Part shown: positions 20,187 to 30,597 of the stretch, in pieces
Numbering within the stretch: the first letter of the stretch is position 1
How the letters are laid out: each line of letters begins with the position of its first letter
Assembly (NCBI GenBank): GCA_963845245.1
Contig: CAWJRJ010000014.1
Location: forward strand, 1 to 64,000
Direction: 5' to 3'
Length of the DNA: 64,000 nucleotides
DNA from: Nitrospirota bacterium
Lineage (GTDB): Bacteria; Nitrospirota; JACRHJ01
Position numbers and translations under genes: made by a program
The notes under the pieces: model-generated
What the model was told of the DNA's origin: nothing
The model's database searches: none
Seen by the model: the letters and a program-made list of their open reading frames with translations, nothing else

Positions 20187-20267
20187 TTGTGTAGAAAAGC
20201 CAAACCTGTCGTGAGGCGGGGACGGAAAACCACAGGTCTCTTTGAGACGGCTGGGTTGCCTACTTCT
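20187..20267 (+). ncRNA. Cyclic di-GMP-I (GEMM-I) riboswitch
   Basis: GTAG..AAAAGCCAAA-CCTGTC-GTGA-GGCGGG-GACGGAAAACC..GTCTC-TTT-GAGAC..GGGTTGCCTAC: GNRA-capped P2, GACGGAAA junction, P3, and P1 (GTAG/CTAC). Confidence 0.9.
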
Positions 20268-20300
20268 AAAAACTCAAAAAGAGGAAAGAAGAGGCAATAT

Positions 20301-21840
20301 ATGAGAAGGATTTTACATTATCGTCGTTGGTTCTGTGTTTCGCGCTTGCAATGGCAACTGCGTCGGGCGCGGCCACATTGCCTACGGCATCCGTAAGTGG
20401 ACTAGCAGTTTCCCCGAACCCAACTTGCAGCTCGAGCAACCCTTCCGGACTGCTCACGGCCACCGCGAATATCTCGGGGACATTCGACCAGAACAGCGAC
20501 ACCAAAGTCCTGGGGGCCCTTCATGCCGTAAGAGACCACGGGACTATAACGGGCTACACAAGTACGGACACGGAAACCATAGTGGTCGTCAGTAACAAGG
20601 CATTCACCGTAACCGGTCCTGACAGTGTATCGCAGATACTCGACGGGAGCTCGAACAGTGCCTCATACACCAGCGGGACGTTCCCTGTCGGTACGGACGG
20701 CCAGGACTCGGTGAGCATCAGCGCCGCCGCTTCGGAGGTCGTGACAACGGAGAAGGACACCATAGACAATACATGGGCTGCCGACGGTATCACGCTCATC
20801 AATTCGGTTACGACACCGGGAACCCCCAGCTCTGTAACCAATACAAGCCTGGCAGCCTCCGGAAGCGCCACGTACCTCGCCGACATGAACCCGCCATCTG
20901 TTGAGCTCAAGAATTTCGGCGGCAGCAGGACCCAGGGTGGCGAGGTCTTAGTCCACCTCCAGACGCACGATGCATCGCCCAACCAGGCCTATACATACAC
21001 CGTAACGCTGACGTCGGAGGCAGACCCGACCTACGTACTGACGGTCAAGTTCAGCGGCACCTTCCGCAGCCTCGAGGGGACGAAGGAGCCAAATGTAACA
21101 AACGACCTGCCCGCCATCCTGATCCCGTGCGATGCACCGTTAGGCACTTACGACATGGACGCGGAGCTCTCGACCACTGACATCTGCGGCGGCCCATATG
21201 ATGTCCACCTGGCAAGCACGGTCGATATCGGGCCCGGCACAAGCCTGACGGATTCCTCGTTCGTCATATCCGATTACGGGGTCGCCGGCTACGGATTTGA
21301 GACCTGCTTCACGGCTACGGCCTCGGGCACAAAGATAAACACCTACCCCGGCTCTAACCACATCGCCACACTAGTCACTACTGAAGGTCCGTGCGCCGGG
21401 TTCGTTACCGTGAGCGGCGTGACGATAACCCAGACAATACCGTTCGGGTTCGCCCCGTTCGCGCCCAAGAAACCGCTGGTCGGGACGCACGTCTTCGCCT
21501 TTGACCCGCCGGGCGCCGACCTCCACTATCCTGGTCCGGAGGTCGTGCTGGGACAAAAGGACGTAAAGTACACCGCGAACACTAACGGCACTTGGACTGT
21601 CACGATAACCGTGCCGGGGACGCTATGCCGCTGCCAAGGCGATCTATGCGCGCACGCACGTTGCCCAAGTGCTCAACGCCCTCCCGCCTGATGGGACTCC
21701 GTATACCTTCAGCACTACGGGCTCCGCTTCCGTAACTGGTGGGCTTAGTGGCGTGTTGAGCAACACAAACTCGGCAGTTATTACATCAAGGACAACACCT
21801 GCGTGCAATAATCCACCATTAAGACGCACAGGAGATATAA
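20301..21840 (+). CDS. Secreted Thr/Ser-rich beta-rich protein of unknown family (~500 aa; indels ~20312 and ~21625; end approximate)
   Basis: RBS GAGG + ATG 20301; adding one T gives signal peptide MRRIFTLSSLVLCFALAMATASGA; joins ORFs 20327..21691 and 21669 onward. Confidence 0.7.
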
Positions 21841-21842
21841 AA

Positions 21843-21872
21843 AAAATGCCCCCGGTTCACCGGGGGCATTTA
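21843..21872 (+). terminator. Intrinsic terminator
   Basis: AAATGCCCCGG-TTCA-CCGGGGCATTT. Confidence 0.75.
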
Positions 21873-22007
21873 AATTTTTGAGCATTGACGTTGTGTTGCG
21901 CCGAGACTGATATCACAGTTGCCAAATTATCTGGATTTTGTTATTATTAATAAAAATTCTTACCTGAAAACAATATAACCTAAACTACTCAAAGGAGGAT
22001 TTTAAAG

Positions 22008-22499
22008 ATGGCTACACTCGACAACCTTAAGGCGGCTTTTGCGGGCGAATCACAGGCAAACAGAAAGTACCTTGCATTTGCGAAGAAGGCGGACGCAGAG
22101 GGATACCCGCAGATAGCGAAGCTTTTCCGTGCGGCCGCGGCGGCGGAGACGGTGCACGCGCACAACCACCTTGGTATAATGGACGGTATTGGCGACACAA
22201 AGGCAAACCTGGTGGCTGCTGTGAACGGCGAGACCTTCGAATTCACAAAGATGTACCCGGATTTTATAGCCGAGGCCACGACCGAGGGCGCGAAGAAGGC
22301 GAAGTGGTCTTTCAACGTTGCAAACCAGGTCGAGGAGATACACGCCGGACTCTTTACCCAGGCGCTTGCAGCTATGTCAAAGGACGCAGGCAAGAACTAC
22401 TACGTCTGCCCTGTTTGCGGCAACACTGTGCTTGGCGGGGCGCCCGATACATGTCCAATTTGCAACGAACCGGGCAGCCATTTCTTGCTGGTGGACTGA
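22008..22499 (+). CDS. rbr: Rubrerythrin
   Basis: AFAGESQANRKY, ETVHA, GETFEFTKMYP, EEIHA, C-terminal CPVCG and CPIC. Confidence 0.95.
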   Translation: MATLDNLKAAFAGESQANRKYLAFAKKADAEGYPQIAKLFRAAAAAETVHAHNHLGIMDGIGDTKANLVAAVNGETFEFTKMYPDFIAEATTEGAKKAKWSFNVANQVEEIHAGLFTQALAAMSKDAGKNYYVCPVCGNTVLGGAPDTCPICNEPGSHFLLVD

Positions 22500-22522
22500 G
22501 TTTTAACCTAAGAGATCTTTTA

Positions 22523-22554
22523 AAAGCGGAAGGGGTAACCCCTTCCGCTTTTTT
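22523..22554 (+). terminator. Intrinsic terminator
   Basis: AAAAGCGGAAGGG-GTAA-CCCTTCCGCTTTTTT. Confidence 0.85.
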
Positions 22555-22643
22555 GTTTCTCCGTGATTTGCCCGCTCGCCAGGAAACTGATATAATATGA
22601 GTATAACTATCAGGTTTTACCAACCGGCAGTCAGGAGGCCGTT

Positions 22644-23249
22644 ATGAAAACGATCAACGAGATAAACTGGCTTGAGGACATAGAAGAGGCCAAAAGCGCC
22701 TCGGCGAGTACCGGAAAGCCCATGCTGATGTTTTTCCATTACACCCACTGCGCAGGGTGCATAAATACCTTCAGCAAGACCCTGACCAAGATGTCTGTGA
22801 AGGACAAAATCAAGGATAACTTCGTCCCGGTGCTCTTCGAGACGACCGAAAGGCCGGCCGAGACAAGCGCTTATGGCATAATGTGGACGCCTACGTTCAT
22901 TGCCGCGGACGAGACCGGCCTGGAGGTGTACAGGTGGGAAGGGTATCTTCCCGAGGATGACTTCCTTGGCCATCTGGATATGGCCGTAGCCCGCGTTGCG
23001 CTGAAAAAAGGCAACCATAGGGACGCGGAGCGCCATTTCGATGAGGTATTGATAAAATACCCGCTAAGCGACCTCGCGCCAATGGCCATGTACTACCATG
23101 GGGTAGCCAGGTTCAACAAGACGCATGACGTAACACAGTTGACGAACACCTATGAAAACCTAAGGCTGGAGTTCCCGAACAGCATATGGGCCCTGAAGGC
23201 ATCCGTATGGTCCAGTGAGAACCTGGAGGAGATCAAGAAGGCTGCATGA
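22644..23249 (+). CDS. Thioredoxin-fold protein (CAGC) with C-terminal TPR-like region
   Basis: GKPMLMFF..HCAGC, YGIMWTPT, EGYLPEDDF, APMAMYYHGVARF. Confidence 0.85.
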   Translation: MKTINEINWLEDIEEAKSASASTGKPMLMFFHYTHCAGCINTFSKTLTKMSVKDKIKDNFVPVLFETTERPAETSAYGIMWTPTFIAADETGLEVYRWEGYLPEDDFLGHLDMAVARVALKKGNHRDAERHFDEVLIKYPLSDLAPMAMYYHGVARFNKTHDVTQLTNTYENLRLEFPNSIWALKASVWSSENLEEIKKAA

Positions 23250-23268
23250 CCGTTAGTTTATCAAACTA

Positions 23269-23299
23269 AAAAGCCGGTAACCATATGGCTACCGGCTTT
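23269..23299. terminator. Bidirectional intrinsic terminator
   Basis: AAAAGCCGGTAACC-ATAT-GGCTACCGGCTTT between convergent genes. Confidence 0.75.
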
Positions 23300-23324
23300 A
23301 TCTTTGCTCCTAGAACTGAAATAA

Positions 23325-24042
23325 TCAGGCAAGCACCAGTCTGCCTGTCTTTTTCATGTATTTAAGCACCGCCCAGACCACCGCACCTACGCCGAGGAAG
23401 ACAAGCCAGCCGGTCTCCATTACCGGGACATTGGAATAATAGTCCCTGAAAAACTCAACGCAAACAAGGCTTACAACCGCGGTCAGCCAGGAGTCGTGTT
23501 CTCTTTTCAATATCATATACAGGTCGAGGCTTCTTACCGGCCTGCAGAACCCCCTGAAAGACGGGATAACGCAGTTCACCCGTCTGGCATAATCGCGGTA
23601 CGTGTCCCCGAACTTCCCGAGCAGGTAGTCCTCCTCCGTCAGGATGATAAACGTGTTAATGAGAATGAACGTAATAGAATTCAGGAAGACGACCATGAAG
23701 CTGTAGGAGAGCATCGAGATGCCGAACAAGACTATAAAATTCCCGACATAAAGCGGGTTTCTGACCAACGAATAAGCACCCGTGGTATTTAGTTCATAGG
23801 CGTTCTGGGCCTTGGTGTTCCTGCCGGACGTCTTTTCATGGACAAAGCCGACGGTAAGTGCGCGGATCAGTATCCCGACGAAAGTGACCGCCACGCAGAG
23901 AAATGTCGTAGTAAACATTTTCATGGACGTCATGGAAATTGTTTCGTTCCATGAAAAGTATCAGGATGATGGCTATGAACTGGTAGCTCCTGTATTTAAA
24001 CAGAAAATGCCCGGTTTTTATGAACCTGTCGCGTAATAACAT
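23325..24042 (-). CDS. Isoprenylcysteine carboxyl methyltransferase family membrane protein, LmtA (lipid A phosphate methyltransferase)-like (frameshift ~23930)
   Basis: GHFLFKYRSY N-terminus; TSGRNTKAQ..LNTTGAYSLVRNPLYVGNF; EEDYLLGKFG. Confidence 0.75.
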
Positions 24043-24265
24043 CTAAAATTTACCTTTCTGGAACTTGTGTTGACGGAGCGGAACGGAGTCTTGATACATA
24101 TATTTTGTGAAAGTATACAATTTTCACTGGTTTAATGATAGTCATTTTTGATTAAAATGAACAAAATTCGTTAACTGCAGTATTTTCTCACCGAGGCCGC
24201 GCCCTGCATTTTTCGGGTGTAATGTTATAATTATAGTATGAAAATGGTTAAAATGGAGGTGGATT

Positions 24266-25210
24266 ATGAAGATATTTATATCAGGGGCTTCCGGTTTCCT
24301 CGGCAGGGCGGTTTCGTCCGAGCTTGCGGCAGGGGGACACCAGGTGACCGGCCTCGTGAATACCGACAATGAGGGAAAGGTCCTTGAGAAAAGAGGGTGT
24401 GGGTACATAGTGGGAGACGTCCTTGAGGGCGGGCAATGGTGCTCAGCTATCAAAGACGCTGACAAGGTAATAAACGTTGAGCGGCCGCTAATCTATGGCG
24501 AGGACATTTCGGATATCAATGTCCGTGCTCAGGGAAGCTTTGCCGAGAGGGCTACAAACCTCTTCAAGGCTGCGGCAAACGGAAAGGCAAGGTCATTCTT
24601 GATGACCTATGACATTCTCTGCTATGGTGCTCGTTCCGGGGAATGGGTGAGCGACGCAGACGCAGTAGAGCCCGCAGGGCTCTGCAAGGCCATGGGTGAG
24701 CCGTTCAAGGCAATGGAGAAGATCGCAGAGGAGACGGGCATAGGGCTTGTGAACATCTTCCCCGCGCTTGTATACGGCAACGGTGGTTGGTTTAAGCGTA
24801 TCGTCGACGACATTGAAAAAGGCGATGGATATATAGTTGAACCGGGCAACAACTACCTGAGCCTCATACATGTGGACGACCTCGCCGGGATCTATGCCAG
24901 GATAATCGATAAGATCGAGGGCAACGAGGTGTATGTGCTCTCGGACGGCAGGCCGGTAACCCAGGCAGAGCTGCTGAAGTTGGTTGCGGCCCTTATGGGC
25001 GCCAGGGAGCCAAAGATGATAAAATTCGCCGAATATGCGAGGAAGAACGGCACGCTCTTCGCTGAGACGATGTCAACATCCCTCCGCGCAGAGGGGCTGA
25101 AGGCGATCGACACACTTAACTATGCTATGAGGGTCAGGAGCTACGATAAAGGCGTTGCCACAGCCCTTGAATCTATGGGCATAAAGGTGGTAGGCGAGAA
25201 GGCTGCGTGA
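24266..25210 (+). CDS. NAD-dependent epimerase/dehydratase (atypical SDR)
   Basis: IFISGASGFLG, VYGNG, LIHVDDLA. Confidence 0.85.
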   Translation: MKIFISGASGFLGRAVSSELAAGGHQVTGLVNTDNEGKVLEKRGCGYIVGDVLEGGQWCSAIKDADKVINVERPLIYGEDISDINVRAQGSFAERATNLFKAAANGKARSFLMTYDILCYGARSGEWVSDADAVEPAGLCKAMGEPFKAMEKIAEETGIGLVNIFPALVYGNGGWFKRIVDDIEKGDGYIVEPGNNYLSLIHVDDLAGIYARIIDKIEGNEVYVLSDGRPVTQAELLKLVAALMGAREPKMIKFAEYARKNGTLFAETMSTSLRAEGLKAIDTLNYAMRVRSYDKGVATALESMGIKVVGEKAA

Positions 25211-25225
25211 GCGCCTTGTTTGGTT

Positions 25226-25253
25226 TAAAAGGCGGCGAACAGCCGCCTTTTTT
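25226..25253. terminator. Bidirectional intrinsic terminator
   Basis: AAAAGGCGGC-GAACA-GCCGCCTTTTT. Confidence 0.75.
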
Positions 25254-27598
25254 ATTGCCCGTAGAGCTTGCGGTAGATGAAGTAGTTCCGCAGGATGCGC
25301 TTTACGTAACTGCGCGTTTCCTTGTAATCGATGCCCTCGATGAACAGGTCGTCAGGCGTGTCGGGCATCTTTTGGATCCACCTGCCGAGTGGCCTGGGCC
25401 CCGCGTTGTATTCAGCAAGTACGCGCACCACGCGGCCTTTGTGTTTCTCATACAGCGAGTCGAGATAGCAGGTGCCGACCGGCACGTTGAACTCTCCCCG
25501 CAGGAGCTGTTGAGGGCTGGAATAGCCTATCTTCAGTTTCCTGCAGACCGCCTTTGCAGTGCCGGGCATCAGTTGCATAAGCCCGACCGCGCCTGCCGGA
25601 GATATCGCGGCAGGGTTGAAGCGGGACTCCTCCCTTATAACCCCGGCGACAAGGAACGGGTCTATCTCGAACGTATCGGCCTGTCTGGTTACGGTATCCC
25701 AGAAGCCGAGCGGGTACATTATCTTAAGCGCCTCGGCAGGCACCTTCCCGCTGCCTGAGTTCATCCCGGCCTGGTACAGTCCTGTGGCCAGTTCAAGCGG
25801 CCTGCTGTAGTCTCCTGTGAATATATAGAGCGCGGATATTGCCTTAAGCCCCTCAATGCTTCCGCAGTATGCTGGCTCTGCCTTTTTAAGCTCTGCCGCC
25901 GCACCCGTCCGCATCTCCTGTAGTGCAAGCTCGTATGCGCGTGCAAGCTTGGGGTCCTTGTAAGAAGGCTTGAGTTTCGGTTCCCGTACTGGCCGGGCAT
26001 GCAGTTGCGGGTTTGATGGCTGCCGTGTTGCCGTAGGATGCAAGGAGTCCGTAGAAGGACCAGGGATACCTATGCTCCAGCTGCTTTTCCGCCTCGCGGG
26101 CAGAAACGGAGCCGCCCACAGCATCATACGATTTAGACATCCAGTAAAGTGCCTGTGGCGTCAGGGTGGAGTCGGGATGTTTTGACACGAGCGTTTCAAA
26201 CGCGGTAATTGCGGAAGCGTGATCCCCTTTGAGGAAATATGCCCAGCCCATCTGCCAGAGGACCTCGTCTGCACGGGCAGTATGCGGATCTTCCTCCAGT
26301 ATCCATTTGAAGATGGCGTCTGCGACGTCGTATTCGCCGTCCTGTGAGAACATGACGCCCAGCAGGTACAGGCTGTCTACGGCCCTTGGGCTATCAGGCG
26401 AAAGGTCGGCGCACAACATGGCCGCATCGCGGAATCCTGAATCGTTGCCGGCCCTCAGGTACATCCTCGCATAATAGAAATAGATGTCCTGTGCCTCGGT
26501 TATTGAAACGCCAAACCCGAGTGCCGTATTAAAGGCCTCCGAGGCCTGCTGGTCCTCTTTGAGCCTGTAGTGGCAAAGCCCGAGCTTATAATTGAGGGTG
26601 CCCCTTCTTCCTTCGTCCTGAAGCCCAAGGGCCATTTGATAGCTTGCCGCAGCCTGAGAATATAGGCCTCGTTTGTAGAGAATGTCGCCCCTGTGTATGA
26701 GGTCTGCCGTACTCCATTCGGGCGGCGTCAGGCCGTTCTCTTTCAGGCCATCGATAAATGAATCCTCGATAGACTTGGTGAGCAGCCACGGGTAGTCCAG
26801 CCAGAGGGCGCTGTAGTATTGCAACGCCTCCGGGTAGTTGCCCTCTTTCTGGCAGGCCTGGAGGATCAATACCCTGCTCTTGGTGCCCGTCACTTTTTTT
26901 CTTCCCAGCAGCGCCTTGAGCGTTGTCCTTGCAGTCCGCATACTTCCCTGCGTCGTAATAGGCATGTGCCGTGTTATATATGTGCGTCGGTCGCCAGTGC
27001 GCCGTCCGGGTTTTCATCCGCAGCCTTCCTGTATGATTCGGCCGCGTCCTCGAACATGTATCCGGAGGAATAGTAATCCCCCATCAGATAGTAGGTATAG
27101 TCCGACAGGACAGGCATACCCTTCCGCACGGACTCAAAAAGCGCCTGCGCGCCCTGATAATCCTTTAGCTTGCCGGATGCGCGCGCGCCAAGGAACTGGG
27201 CCCGGGCCGCCCACGGGGAGTCTGGGAATGCATTTGCAATATCGCCGCGCTTCCTCGATACATTTTTTGTAACGTCCCGATGTGTACTGTTTTAAGGCAT
27301 GCTTGAACCGGGACTCCGCATCCGGGGCGGGCTGCTGCTCTCCCGGCTGTGGCACAAGCTGTTCGGGCGCAATAGAGAAATCCTTTAAGCCTTCTGGAGT
27401 GGGTAATATGATGCTTGAGTTGTTCTCGTATAGGGGTTGGGTGGGGGTATTATTGCTATCTGGATTTGAATTTAAGTCCTGAGTGGTGTTTTGTGGAGCA
27501 ATAACGGCCTGCTCGTCCGCGAGGATGGCAAGCGGGTAGAGGAGGAGTGCGGATAATAACAGGAGGTGCGGCAGAAAAGAAGATGACAAACGTCTCAT
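25252..27598 (-). CDS. slt: TPR-containing soluble lytic transglycosylase (several frameshifts)
   Basis: Signal peptide at 27598; TPRs in ORF 25886..26965; SLT motifs IREESRF, GAVGLMQLMPGTA, EYNAGP, ETRSYVKR. Confidence 0.85.
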
Positions 27599-27723
27599 TG
27601 GTACTGTATTATCCGATACTTTTGAAATTTCCGCAATTTAAAATTTTGTCAGTCCGGTAATTTATCAAAACCGCTTTGTCTTGACTGGTTTTTGTCCATG
27701 CCGTACAATGAAAGCATATTATT

Positions 27724-28590
27724 ATGCGTAGAAAGAAAAATAGAGCCTGGCTGGTCCTGCTGCTTATTGTTGGTTGTGGGGTATTTTATATTCCACAAGG
27801 CAGCCCCGCCGGTCAAACACCCGGCCAAGCCTCATGTGAAAGCGCCCGCCGAACGGCAGAAGCCTGCTGCAAAGGAAACGATCCCGCCTGCCTTGCCGAC
27901 CACGCCTTCTACGGCCCCCGGCAGGCATATGGCGCGGGTCGCCATAGTGATAGACGACATGGGGCAGGATGTCAGGCTGCTGGACGAGATAGAAGGCCTC
28001 AACATGCCACTCTCGGTTGCGGTGCTGCCATACCAGAGGTTCTCGGCGGATATCGCAAGGAAGGCAAAATCGGCGGGGCTTGACGTGCTCCTGCACATGC
28101 CGATGCAGCCCAGGGAGAAGATAGACCGGTCTGGGGCAGGGTGCGCTCACCGAGGGGATGACGGACGAAGAGCTGACCAAAACGGCAGAGGCCGACCTTG
28201 CCTGCGTGCCCGGTGCCATGGGGGTGAACAACCACATGGGTTCCGCCCTTACAGAGGAGGCCGCGCCGATGCGCACCCTGATGGGCCTGCTTAAGCGACA
28301 AGGGGCTGTTCTTCCTCGACAGCAGGACATCTTCTGCAAGCGTTGCTTACAAGACCGCGCAGGACGCGGGAGTGAAGGCGGCGACACGGGATGTTTTTCT
28401 GGACGACTCGAACGACCCGGCAGACATAGAGAAACAGTTTCAGAGGATGGTCGATATCGCCCATAAGCGGGGGCAGGCAGTGGCAATAGGCCACCCGCGC
28501 CCGGACACCCTGAGGGTACTGAGGGAAAGACTGCCGGGGCTTGAGGCAGAGGGGATTAAACTGGTAAGGATATCGGAGATAGTGAAATAG
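27724..28590 (+). CDS. Divergent polysaccharide deacetylase (YibQ family), frameshifted
   Basis: [39 protein letters not shown] across frames. Confidence 0.87.
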
Positions 28591-29615
28591 ATGCTTGTAC
28601 TGGGTATTGAGACATCGTGCGACGAGACCGCAGCGGCGGTCGTGGAGGACGGCAGGAAGATACTGTCGAACGTGGTATCCACACAGATCGAGCTTCACGC
28701 GAAGTACGGCGGGATCGTGCCGGAGGTCGCCTCGCGCGCCCATATTGAGAACATCATGCCGGTCATCCACGAGGCACTGGAAGGCGCAGGCAGAGGGTCT
28801 TTATGATATGGACTCCATAGCAGTGACGATGGGGCCGGGCCTGATAGGTGCGCTGCTCGTGGGCGTCTCGGCGGCGAAGGCACTCTCGTATGCGTCGGGA
28901 GTCCCGCTCATCGGCGTGAACCATATCGAGGGGCACCTCTCATCCATATTCCTTGAGTCGGACGAGATAGAGCTGCCGTTCGTCCTGCTTGTTGTGTCCG
29001 GCGGGCATACGCACCTCTACAACGTGCGGGGCTACTGGCAGTTATGAAAAGCTCGGCCAGACAAGGGACGACGCGGCTGGCGAGGCATACGACAAGGTTG
29101 CGAAACTCCTGGGCCTCGGTTACCCCGGCGGCCCGGTCATAGACAGGCTCGCCAAAGCGGGCGACCCGGCCGCGATAAAGTTCCCGCGCACGTATCTGGA
29201 TAGTGGTTCTCTGGACTTCTCGTTCTCCGGGCTGAAGACCGCCGTGCTGAACCACGTCCGTGGGCTGAAGACGGAAGGTATCCCCGCAAAGCAGGTCGCC
29301 GATATATGCGCCTCGTTCCAGGCGGCGGTGGTGGACGTTCTTGTGAAAAAGACGGTCGATGCCGCACGGAAGACCGGGATAAAAAACATAGTCGTCGCGG
29401 GCGGGGTCGCATCGAACAGCGCGCTGCGGGAGAGCATGATAAAGGCGGCGGAGGCGGAAGGCAGGCGCGTATTCATACCCAGCCCCGGCCTGTGCTCGGA
29501 CAACGCCGCTATGGTTGCGGCCGCGGGGTTCTTCCTGCACGGCATGGGAAGGGCATCGGGGCTTGACATGAACCCGCAGGCGAACCTTCCGCTTGAGAGA
29601 ATGGTCAGGCCATGA
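28591..29615 (+). CDS. tsaD: tRNA N6-threonylcarbamoyladenosine transferase subunit (frameshifts ~28795 and ~29035)
   Basis: [61 protein letters not shown]. Confidence 0.95.
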
Positions 29616-30589
29616 AGATAGGTAACGTAGAAATAAACGGCAAGGCGGTACTTGCCCCGCTGGCGGGGATAACCGACCTGCCGTTCCGGCTCCTCTGCAA
29701 GGAGCAGGGCGCGGCACTCGTCTATACCGAGATGATAAGCGCCGAGGGCCTGATACGAAGACAGCCAGCCACGGTGGACATACTGGAATCTCTGCCTCAA
29801 GAGAAGCCGGTTTCATTCCAGCTATTCGGCAGGAAACCCGATTCGATGGCCGAGGCGGCGAGGATAATATCCGGCCGGGGCGCTGACATCATAGACATAA
29901 ACATGGGCTGCCCGGTAAAGAAGGTGGTCAGGGGCGGCTCCGGCGCGGCGCTCCTGAAAGACGTAAACGAAGCCCTAGCGGTAATAAAGGCCGTCGTCTC
30001 GGCATCGTCAGTGCCGGTAACGATCAAGGTGCGTGCGGGCTGGGGGCCAAGCAGTTTCGTCGCGGCCCAGCTTGCAAAGCAAGCAGAGGATTCCGGAGTA
30101 TCCGCTATTGCGGTGCATGGCCGGTATGCCACACAGGGTTTCTCGGGTCACGCGGATTGGTCCACGATTAAGGCGGTGAAGGATGCGGTATCGATACCGG
30201 TGATTGGGAACGGTGATATCATAACTGCGATGGACGCGAAGCGGATGCTGGACGAAACCGGCTGCGACCTTGTAATGGTCGGGCGCGGAACGCTTGGCAA
30301 CCCGTGGATTTTCCGCGAGATAAGTGAATATCTTGAAAGCGGTAACTCAGCGCCTCATCCAGGCCGTGCCGAGAGGTGCGAGATGCTGCTTCGGCACATG
30401 CGCATGATGACGACCAGGAGGGGTGAGATCGCGGGAGTCAGGGTCATGAGGAAGCACGCCGCATGGTACTCAAAGGGGCTGCACGGCTCGCCCGAGTTTA
30501 GAAACAAGATCAACCACGCCTTGGAGATTCAAGAGTTCGAAGAGGCGGTGAAAGAGTTCTTTGGTCAGCAGAGCCCGGCCCTTATCTGA
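29612..30589 (+). CDS. dusB: tRNA-dihydrouridine synthase B
   Basis: LAPLAGITDLPFR, DINMGCPVKKV, VHGR, GNGDI, VMVGRG, RKHAAWY. Confidence 0.95.
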   Translation: MKIGNVEINGKAVLAPLAGITDLPFRLLCKEQGAALVYTEMISAEGLIRRQPATVDILESLPQEKPVSFQLFGRKPDSMAEAARIISGRGADIIDINMGCPVKKVVRGGSGAALLKDVNEALAVIKAVVSASSVPVTIKVRAGWGPSSFVAAQLAKQAEDSGVSAIAVHGRYATQGFSGHADWSTIKAVKDAVSIPVIGNGDIITAMDAKRMLDETGCDLVMVGRGTLGNPWIFREISEYLESGNSAPHPGRAERCEMLLRHMRMMTTRRGEIAGVRVMRKHAAWYSKGLHGSPEFRNKINHALEIQEFEEAVKEFFGQQSPALI

Positions 30590-30597
30590 TACCATCC

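Noticed and set aside
20187..20267. 3',3'-cGAMP (GEMM-Ib) riboswitch call
   Set aside because: The discriminating position is G rather than A, so c-di-GMP is the better-supported call.
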